Origin: a virus
Lineage: Duplodnaviria > Caudoviricetes
DNA: 40,289 nucleotides
IMG/VR virus record: IMGVR_UViG_3300005325_000002
Location: 1 to 40,289 of that record
Reading direction: 5' to 3' (one strand)
Part shown: piece after piece, positions 34,656 to 40,289 of the stretch
Numbering within the stretch: position 1 is the stretch's first letter
Layout of the letters: every line of letters starts with the position of its first letter
Notes under the pieces: model-generated
What the model was told of the DNA's origin: nothing
What the model saw: only the letters and a program-made list of their open reading frames with translations
Database searches by the model: none
Program-made: the position numbers and the translations under genes

Positions 34656-35162
34656 ATGGAAACCGGAAACAAACGCGACATTACAACAACGGTAGAGGCT
34701 GGCGGTCGATGGATGAACATCAATTTCGCCAATGGGAAAATTATCGGGTTTGACAAGGCTACATTCCCACCGGAAATCATCGAAATGGCAATCATGCACG
34801 GCCTGAAACAAAAACTAGTTGATGCAGCCGCTATTAGTCGTGACCCGGAAACCGGACGGACGGCGGATATTGACGACAAATACGAGGCTGTGAAAACCGT
34901 ATTCGATCGTTTGATGGCTGGTGAATGGAATAAACCCCGTGAGAGTGGCGAACCACGAGGCGGGTTGCTGTTTGCGGCCCTTGTCCGGTTATATCCGACC
35001 AAAACCCCGGAGAGTTTGCGGGAATGGTTGGCCGCGAAAACCAAAAAGGAACAGGCGCAATTGCGATCGAACCCCAAAATTGCCCGAATTATTGACGAAA
35101 TCAGGGCGGAAAACACCTCGGATGTGGATACAGATGCGTTGTTGGAGGAGTTGAACGACTAA
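34656..35162 (+). CDS. Hypothetical protein, paralog A (similar to 37992-38519)
   Basis: AGGAGG RBS; own promoter and terminator; shared FANG/HG..QK/GEW/LR.NP.I/VDTDALL.EL motifs. Confidence 0.85.
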   Translation: METGNKRDITTTVEAGGRWMNINFANGKIIGFDKATFPPEIIEMAIMHGLKQKLVDAAAISRDPETGRTADIDDKYEAVKTVFDRLMAGEWNKPRESGEPRGGLLFAALVRLYPTKTPESLREWLAAKTKKEQAQLRSNPKIARIIDEIRAENTSDVDTDALLEELND

Positions 35163-35186
35163 ACATATCACATAATCCAGCTCTCG

Positions 35187-35220
35187 AACCCGGTCACGAA
35201 AAATGACCGGGTTTTTTGTT
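35187..35220 (+). terminator. Rho-independent terminator
   Basis: AACCCGGTCA / TGACCGGGTT perfect stem followed by TTTTGTT. Confidence 0.85.
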
Positions 35221-35499
35221 GTCCGATGAACCAAACCCGCCGGATGACGGCATGGAATGTGCCCATATCGTTCGCCAAACGCCCGCAAATCAATTTCCCA
35301 TCCAACACGCATCCAACCATACCCGCACACCAAAAACCCCATCCTAGGCCATTTGACGCGTTCATTAGCCACCCCTAACATTATTAGGCCCAATCCCCCA
35401 GCTCCGCCCTCCCACCATCCCGAATTACAAGAATTATACAGTTCCTTCTCCTTCCTTCCCCGAATTTAGTGGCGCAAGTTTGCGACAAAACCAAACGTG

Positions 35500-35533
35500 C
35501 GCGGATTAAAAAATATTAATTGGCGCGGATTAT
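35500..35533. promoter_or_regulatory. 26-bp palindromic site, copy 6, plus half-site (CGCGGATTAA-aaaata-TTAATTGGCG-CGGATTAT)
   Basis: Matches the motif; AAACGTGCGCGGATTAA identical to 38853-38869. Confidence 0.7.
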
Positions 35534-35580
35534 CGACTTCACACACCCTAAGACCATCTCTTACCCGTAATTCGCGCGGA

Positions 35581-35999
35581 TTTGTTCCATGTATTTCAAC
35601 ATTTTGTTTCATGGATTTCACGGTTTTTCATGGTTGTTGAAGTTGTTCCAATGTTCGCAAACCCCACCCATATCCCCGTCCCCATCCCCTTGTAAGTCCC
35701 TCCTTATATCTTCCTTTCCTTGTAATTAGGTATGACTATCCTTCCCTAATACTTTTAGGTATGCCTAAAAAAAAAAAAAAAACTTGAACCAGCAGAAGCT
35801 AACTTGACTGGCCAACCTATGTAGTCATACACCTACCCTTCAAGACACCCACTGCTTGGTATGTCTAGTCATGGGGATAGGGATATAAGGGGATGAGGGG
35901 AGAGGAAGATGGGTGTGTTTTGCGAATATTGGAACAAATGAAACAAATATGAAATACACGAAACAACCATAAACAAACTTTGGAAATACACGGAACAAA
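35581..35999. repeat. Long imperfect inverted repeat (~115-bp arms) around a central A16 tract; candidate origin or genome-end element
   Basis: 35581-35700 vs reverse complement of 35881-35999 (e.g. TTGTTCCAATGTTCGCAAA / TTTGCGAATATTGGAACAA); A16 at 35767-35782. Confidence 0.8.
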
Positions 36000-36172
36000 C
36001 TTATGTTTTTCATCTTGTAAGCATGCCATTTGGGGGGTATGATACCGATAATTCGGAAGAAATGGATAACAAACGCATGTTTCCTTATTGACCTCCGCCG
36101 ACGAGAACCCAAGTTCACGATTCATAAGTCCCGATTCGATGGCCGCCGGAACGCGATTCGACACCTTATTTC

Positions 36173-36206
36173 ATAATCCGCGCAGATTAAAAATTATTAA
36201 TTCGCG
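36173..36206. promoter_or_regulatory. 26-bp palindromic site, copy 7, plus half-site (ATAATCCG-CGCAGATTAA-aaatta-TTAATTCGCG)
   Basis: Mirror-image arrangement of copy 6; just upstream of the RBS of 36233. Confidence 0.7.
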
Positions 36207-36232
36207 CAAATAACCCAAAAGGAGAATCCATC

Positions 36233-36649
36233 ATGCCTTACTACCAAATCTTCGCAACTGCGAAACACAACGGAATGCCAAAACGAATAACCTTAAAGGA
36301 CTTCCCAAGCTCTAGTGTCGCCATAGGGCATTTTATGGAGACTTATAAAACACTACAATTTACAGGGTTTGTTAAGCTTGCACAACATGCACAATCCGCA
36401 CACGAAGAAAAACGAAAAACACCTGATAGAAGGAAAAATCCAACCAAATCCTTGGCCAGCATCCGCAACAAACACCACGGAAGGCTTTGCAGCCTTCGAA
36501 ATAATCTCCAATCCTTCGCGGAGGTGGACGGAATCACACAAGAAGAAAGCCTTGTCCTTTGTCAGGCCGCCTGCAAGCTTTCGCGAATCATTGCGCTCTT
36601 CAAAACCCGAACCATGGAAATTGAATCAGGAGGAACACTCAAATGTTAG
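36233..36649 (+). CDS. Hypothetical basic protein
   Basis: AAGGAG RBS. Confidence 0.7.
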   Translation: MPYYQIFATAKHNGMPKRITLKDFPSSSVAIGHFMETYKTLQFTGFVKLAQHAQSAHEEKRKTPDRRKNPTKSLASIRNKHHGRLCSLRNNLQSFAEVDGITQEESLVLCQAACKLSRIIALFKTRTMEIESGGTLKC

Positions 36650-37059
36650 AGAAAAAATGGAAAGCCTTAAAGGAAATCTGGATGGAGGCCAACCGCCGTC
36701 CGGAGGGCTTACGGCTCGCACTGGAGGGGGAGAAGGAATCCCGCCGACTGAGGCAAGAGTTGTACGCCGCCGGAAGACGATCGCGGAGGAAACGAACCTA
36801 CGACGAAGAGCTCTTAAAAGTCGTGAGTGAGATGAGCATTACCTTCACCCATCCTTTCGGAATTCATATTTACCATCAAAGCTTGCCGCCCGTCATCAAA
36901 CAAGCCCAGGAAACGCTCACCGACTCACAGTCCCGGGATTCCTTCACCCGATTGCAAGAATTACTGGATGGCGTACGGGAAGACAAACCCGCAAAAATCA
37001 AGCCCACAATTGACAAGGGATTGACCTACAGAAATCCTTATCTTTTGAATGGAGATTGA
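36643..37059 (+). CDS. Hypothetical basic protein
   Basis: AGGAGG RBS; overlaps the previous gene. Confidence 0.7.
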   Translation: MLEKKWKALKEIWMEANRRPEGLRLALEGEKESRRLRQELYAAGRRSRRKRTYDEELLKVVSEMSITFTHPFGIHIYHQSLPPVIKQAQETLTDSQSRDSFTRLQELLDGVREDKPAKIKPTIDKGLTYRNPYLLNGD

Positions 37060-37297
37060 GATGAAACTTCCACAAATCGGATATCCGACTTTCGACATTA
37101 ACCTTACCTGCTCAAAGTGCGGAAACGGGTGCAGGATTGACCTGGAAGACCGCTTCGACACGCCGGAAAATACGCGAAACTTTGTTTCCAACTGTTGTGG
37201 GGAGAAAGTTCTTGGGAACGGCAGCCCGCTTGAAGCGGCGGAACTCCGGCACTATTACAAACTTCAGGAAAGCTACTATCAGGAGGATGGAGAATGA
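37049..37297 (+). CDS. Hypothetical zinc-binding protein (CSKC...CC)
   Basis: In operon; start may instead be ATG 37061 (GGAG RBS). Confidence 0.6.
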   Translation: MEIEMKLPQIGYPTFDINLTCSKCGNGCRIDLEDRFDTPENTRNFVSNCCGEKVLGNGSPLEAAELRHYYKLQESYYQEDGE

Positions 37298-37443
37298 GAG
37301 AGCGACTTGAACCCGGAATCCGCCGGTGTGAGAAGTGCAAGAAAGAGGTTCTTGAATGGACCATTACGGAAGTCTTGAAGGATGGTGTGTTTTATTCCGT
37401 TTGTCGGACGTGTAAGGCGGAGATGGAAGGAGAAAAGAAATGA
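37294..37443 (+). CDS. 49-aa zinc-finger protein (CEKC...CRTC)
   Basis: GGAGG RBS; ATGA overlaps at both ends; not in the ORF track. Confidence 0.65.
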   Translation: MRERLEPGIRRCEKCKKEVLEWTITEVLKDGVFYSVCRTCKAEMEGEKK

Positions 37444-37811
37444 ATCGAGAAAAGATCATCAACTTTCTTTCACTTTATGGCATGACACCAGTCTCCGCCG
37501 ACGATCTCCTCTCCACCATCGAGGAAGGAACCTGTCCATACTTCACCATCAATCACGGAAAAGGGGAGCTGAACTCCCAATCCAAGTACACCGAGGAACA
37601 AATCCGGCACGCATGTCAGCTTCTCCAGGAACGCCCTCACCTCTCTTGCGCGGCGATTGCCCGCCTTGCGAAAGTGACGCCGACAACTGTAGAAAGGCTT
37701 TTTCAGGGGCGGCACTGGCGCCACATCACCGCCGGATTCGATTTCAGCAAAAAGCGTGAGCTTGTCAACCTACGAAAAACACGAAAAAACAAAAGTCAAG
37801 AGGAGAAATAG
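37440..37811 (+). CDS. HTH DNA-binding protein resembling the C-terminal module of HNH homing endonucleases
   Basis: GELNSQSKYTEEQI...AAIARLAKVTPTTVERLFQGRHWRHI. Confidence 0.65.
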   Translation: MNREKIINFLSLYGMTPVSADDLLSTIEEGTCPYFTINHGKGELNSQSKYTEEQIRHACQLLQERPHLSCAAIARLAKVTPTTVERLFQGRHWRHITAGFDFSKKRELVNLRKTRKNKSQEEK

Positions 37812-37877
37812 AAAATGGCGAAATGGTGGACGGAAAATAATAATTCGAAAGTTTCACGCGGAAACAAGAAAAAACTA

Positions 37878-37906
37878 TTGCAAGACCCATCCATTCCGGA
37901 TACGGT
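37878..37906 (+). promoter_or_regulatory. Promoter TTGCAA-17-TACGGT
   Basis: Similar to the promoter at 4525 (TTGCAAG...GGATA...TTAA); implies start 37992 for the downstream gene. Confidence 0.5.
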
Positions 37907-37991
37907 TAATCATCAAACGGACACGACACCCGACGGCGGGTCAGGCTTGTCAAGTCCAACAATCCCGCAAGAAAACAAACTGGAGCAAACA

Positions 37992-38519
37992 ATGAGTGAG
38001 AATCAAGTACAAATGGAAGATGGAAGCGTAGAAATTTTCGGCGGAAAGAAAAAGATGGTGAAGAATACCACCATCCAAGAAAACGGTGACATTACCACCA
38101 AACTTTCTTTCGCGAACGGACGTATTATCACCTTCACCATGCCCGAAGCGATGAAAGACAGGTTCGCAGCCCACGGCGCGGATCAGAAGTTTGGTGATGT
38201 TATTGCCGGTGTAGCGGATGTTGAAGATTGCGTTCTCGCGGTTGAAGAGCTTGCCGAACGTCTTGCCAATGGTGAATGGAGCCAGAAACGCGAAGGCGGC
38301 GGAATGGGCGGAACGAGTGTCCTTCTGCGCGCCCTTGTCGAGCATACCGGAAAGGATGTCGAAGCTATCAAGGCATACCTGAAAGGCAAGACTCAGGCGG
38401 AGAAGGTCGCCCTCCGCCAGAATCCGCGAATCAAGCCCATCGTCGATCGCCTGGAAGCTGAGAAGGCATCCAAATCCACCGGTGTGGATACTGATGCGCT
38501 GCTGGATGAGCTTGCATAA
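37992..38519 (+). CDS. Hypothetical protein, paralog B (similar to 34656-35162)
   Basis: GGAG RBS before ATG 37992 (ORF is open from 37815); ends VDTDALLDELA. Confidence 0.82.
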   Translation: MSENQVQMEDGSVEIFGGKKKMVKNTTIQENGDITTKLSFANGRIITFTMPEAMKDRFAAHGADQKFGDVIAGVADVEDCVLAVEELAERLANGEWSQKREGGGMGGTSVLLRALVEHTGKDVEAIKAYLKGKTQAEKVALRQNPRIKPIVDRLEAEKASKSTGVDTDALLDELA

Positions 38520-38565
38520 AGTAACCTGTAGTTAAAATTCCCTGGGCCACCTCCTCCTAGGGCTT

Positions 38566-38605
38566 ACTCCTCCAGCCTGGGTGCCTCCGGGTTGGGGGAG
38601 TTTTT
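38566..38605 (+). terminator. Rho-independent terminator
   Basis: ACTCCTCCAGCCTGG / CCGGGTTGGGGGAGT stem then TTTT. Confidence 0.75.
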
Positions 38606-38644
38606 GCTTGTGGAGGAAGGTGGTTCACATTCTTGGAGGGTATT

Positions 38645-38869
38645 ATGTTATCAAGAAAAGAACTGATAGGAGTTAGAGCACTTATAGAAAATGCAATACA
38701 AGGAAAACATGGAATTATCTATACACTATCAAAAGATAGACAGAAAGATTTCTATAGAGAAATCACACAAACCTTAGAAAAACTTCATATTCACTTTAAA
38801 GCAAAAAATTATAAGATTGAACTTGAGAATAAAGGTTTGATTCAAATACACAAAACGTGCGCGGATTAA
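38645..38869 (+). CDS. Hypothetical AT-rich protein
   Basis: GGAGGG RBS before ATG 38645; stop codon is part of palindrome copy 8. Confidence 0.6.
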   Translation: MLSRKELIGVRALIENAIQGKHGIIYTLSKDRQKDFYREITQTLEKLHIHFKAKNYKIELENKGLIQIHKTCAD

Positions 38870-38885
38870 GATCGTTTAATCCGCG
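38860..38885. promoter_or_regulatory. 26-bp palindromic site, copy 8, perfect arms (CGCGGATTAA-gatcgt-TTAATCCGCG)
   Basis: Perfect 10-bp inverted arms with a 6-bp spacer. Confidence 0.78.
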
Positions 38886-38903
38886 TATTTTATTTTTCAA
38901 AAC

Positions 38904-38931
38904 TTGCGTGCATAATCCGCGCGGATATGGT
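38904..38931 (+). promoter_or_regulatory. Putative promoter TTGCGT-16-TATGGT with the palindrome ATCCGCGCGGAT (38915-38926) in the spacer
   Basis: Hexamer similarity; two fused half-sites in the spacer, an operator-like position. Confidence 0.5.
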
Positions 38932-38997
38932 ACGGTTATTTATAAATAAAAATCAACCCAACAAACCCTTTTCAACCCATCCATCAGGAGGCACCCT

Positions 38998-39426
38998 ATG
39001 GAACCCACACAAGCAGAACTCGACAGCCTGGAACTCGAACTTGACGAACTCCTTAGCGAATCGCAAGTCATCGCTGAAAAACGAAAGGAACTTAAACGCC
39101 TGAGTGCTCGTCATTCCACCGACCTAACGCCACTGGAATATATCCCCCTCGATTCATGGAAGCCGCAATTCACTTGCGCCATGTTCATCCAGCAAACCTG
39201 TCAGCAATGCGGCGCTGTGCATCATTCTTTCTCCCACTTCGCCGAATGGCAGACCTTCACCGGAAAGATCGCCGGGAACCCGAACCGCTGGTGCAAGGTT
39301 GACCCGACGCCAGAAGTTATGGCAGCCATATCCTCAAACCTTCCTCGTCTAATTCCTCAGACAATCCCAATCTGTTCAAGTTGCTTCCCAGCGCATCTTG
39401 CTATACCTTTTTCGAGTGAGAGATAA
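38998..39426 (+). CDS. Hypothetical zinc-finger protein with acidic N-terminus
   Basis: AGGAGG RBS; CQQC...CSSC. Confidence 0.75.
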   Translation: MEPTQAELDSLELELDELLSESQVIAEKRKELKRLSARHSTDLTPLEYIPLDSWKPQFTCAMFIQQTCQQCGAVHHSFSHFAEWQTFTGKIAGNPNRWCKVDPTPEVMAAISSNLPRLIPQTIPICSSCFPAHLAIPFSSER

Positions 39427-39427
39427 T

Positions 39428-39616
39428 ATGCGAACAAGAAACGAAAGGAAAAACGATCCACGAACACATCTTCGAACTACTCATCATCCTGCAAGAGGAG
39501 TGTGTGGATACACTCACAAAGGCGCCGGATGGGGACTGACTGTCGAAAGTTTGACTAACGTAACTTGCTGTCGATGTAGGCAGTGTTCATTGAAAAAACT
39601 TGGAGGAGATAAGTAA
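39428..39616 (+). CDS. Hypothetical His/Cys-rich protein
   Basis: ATG just after the previous stop; TAATG coupling to the next gene; H...C...CCRC. Confidence 0.6.
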   Translation: MRTRNERKNDPRTHLRTTHHPARGVCGYTHKGAGWGLTVESLTNVTCCRCRQCSLKKLGGDK

Positions 39617-39801
39617 TGCCCAGACCAAAGAAAGCAACACCTTCCATCCGGAAGAATATCTGCCTTCCCGAACCGCTCGTCAACCGAATCGACTTGCTCC
39701 TATATTCCGAGCTGGAAGATCGCGTCCCCTTCGCCGCCTGGCAAGGGTTCTTGATCGAGGCGATGGAGGAGAAACTGAAACGAATAGAGGAAAAGAAATG
39801 A
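39616..39801 (+). CDS. Ribbon-helix-helix-like DNA-binding protein
   Basis: MPRPKK, alternating strand RKNICLP, then two helices; GGAGG RBS. Confidence 0.6.
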   Translation: MPRPKKATPSIRKNICLPEPLVNRIDLLLYSELEDRVPFAAWQGFLIEAMEEKLKRIEEKK

Positions 39802-40100
39802 AAGATAAATTTATTAATATGGATTTCTCTGAAATAGAGAAGCGTGTGTTATCCATGCAAGCTTTAATAAACATCGACCCTTACAAACATAAAGCTGGTA
39901 CTATGTTTAATGTTCCTTATAATGAAGTTACGCCAGCACAAAGACTGATTGCAAAGCAGGAAGTTTATCGACAGTGTTATACCCCTCAAGATGGGCCTAG
40001 TTATGAAGATGGGCCTTGGGCAAAAGGTTGGTTGCAGAGATCAACACCGAAGAAAGAGTTACTTCTCCCTCACCCTGAACATAATGGAGCAATCAAATGA
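39798..40100 (+). CDS. 100-aa protein homologous to the family A DNA polymerase motif A plus fingers/motif B region (mini-PolA)
   Basis: DFSEIEKRVL; DPY...A..MFNVPYNEVT..QR..AK...Y...Y; ATGA coupling, GAGG RBS. Confidence 0.7.
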   Translation: MKDKFINMDFSEIEKRVLSMQALINIDPYKHKAGTMFNVPYNEVTPAQRLIAKQEVYRQCYTPQDGPSYEDGPWAKGWLQRSTPKKELLLPHPEHNGAIK

Positions 40101-40255
40101 GCAAGAATTATAGTAGTTTAGCATCTATACCTTTTATTATTTCCTCTTACTTTCGGCCTACCTTTAAACTTTTCCAAGGTAATTTTAGACCAATCCCTCA
40201 AGCTTTAAACCAACGAAAACTTCGTAAAGCTCAACGACAAGGGAGGATTAAGTGA
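40097..40255 (+). CDS. 52-aa basic hypothetical protein spanning the assembly junction
   Basis: GGAG RBS; ATGA overlap upstream; GTGA overlap with the helicase start. Confidence 0.55.
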   Translation: MSKNYSSLASIPFIISSYFRPTFKLFQGNFRPIPQALNQRKLRKAQRQGRIK

Positions 40256-40289
40256 ACCTCAACGACGAACAAGCCGCCGCCTGCCAGGC
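40167..40289 (+). repeat. Terminal direct repeat copy 2
   Basis: Identical to 1-123. Confidence 0.95.

Larger units (their letters stand above)
1..40289. mobile_element. Complete (circularly assembled) tailed dsDNA bacteriophage genome, podovirus-like; unit length ~40,166 bp
   Basis: Terminase, portal, capsid, nozzle and ejection genes on the - strand; replication genes on the + strand; terminal 123-bp overlap; no host housekeeping genes; no tape measure or sheath gene seen. Confidence 0.93.

Noticed and set aside
35767-35782. A16 tract as a phase-variation switch or retro-element poly(A) tail
   Set aside because: It is not in a gene or a recognisable promoter spacer, no reverse transcriptase is present, and homopolymer length is error-prone; kept only as part of the inverted-repeat element
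34230-36230. tRNA or other known RNA genes in the long non-coding region
   Set aside because: No cloverleaf with a T-loop GTTCRA and acceptor stem found by eye; tRNAscan-SE or Infernal would be decisive
37815-37991. 59-aa N-terminal extension of paralog B
   Set aside because: It has no counterpart in paralog A and contains a promoter-like sequence and a structured leader; not fully excluded, because a GGAG precedes 37815
38860-38885. The palindrome as a true dif/XerCD site or integron attC
   Set aside because: Only the arm-6-arm geometry matches; the XerD arm (TTATGTTAAAT) and GTTRRRY boxes are absent, the spacers differ between copies, and no recombinase is encoded
65-39874. Numerous antisense and alternative-frame ORFs in the track (e.g. 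692-1378 -, 6081-6584 -, 19938-20439 region +, 26403-26939 +, 29488-30033 +, 34601-35116 -)
   Set aside because: They overlap well-supported genes on the opposite strand or in another frame, lack RBSs or motifs, and break the two-arm strand organisation
40167-40289. 123-bp terminal repeat as a biological direct terminal repeat
   Set aside because: It cuts through coding sequence (the 52-aa ORF and the helicase start) and lies far from the terS/non-coding region; an assembler overlap is more likely

Overview
The window is an apparently complete ~40.17 kb tailed dsDNA phage genome with podovirus-like gene content. Bases 1-123 recur exactly at 40167-40289, consistent with a circular assembly overlap. 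It has two arms. The + strand early/replication arm runs from 34656 through the end and on to 12928. It carries small regulators, an SF1B Dda/RecD-like helicase, a Cas4-like PD-(D/E)XK nuclease, a Sak4-like ATPase, an SSB-like protein, a RyR-domain protein, a ParB-methyltransferase fusion, a DUF5664 protein, a UDG-fused family A DNA polymerase and a DUF3987 helicase. The - strand late arm (34137 -> 12980) carries terminase, portal, scaffold, capsid, adaptor, nozzle, ejection proteins, a tail fibre and holin-like genes. I saw no integrase, primase, endolysin, tRNA or CRISPR array. The most unusual observations are: (1) three co-translated late genes (fibre-like, lectin-like, beta-helix) that each begin with a Sec-type signal peptide, in a genome with no recognisable endolysin; (2) a 100-aa stand-alone mini-PolA carrying motif A and motif B, while the main polymerase has non-canonical residues at the same positions (Asp for the Glu710 steric gate, His at 762); (3) eight copies of a 26-bp 10-6-10 palindrome across both arms, one inside the polymerase gene; (4) a ~420-bp imperfect inverted repeat around an A16 tract; (5) a pseudoknot-capable leader before the SSB gene; (6) three proteins sharing an acidic C-terminal (D/N)xDxLLxEL tail. 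All product calls come from motif recognition by eye; no database search was run.
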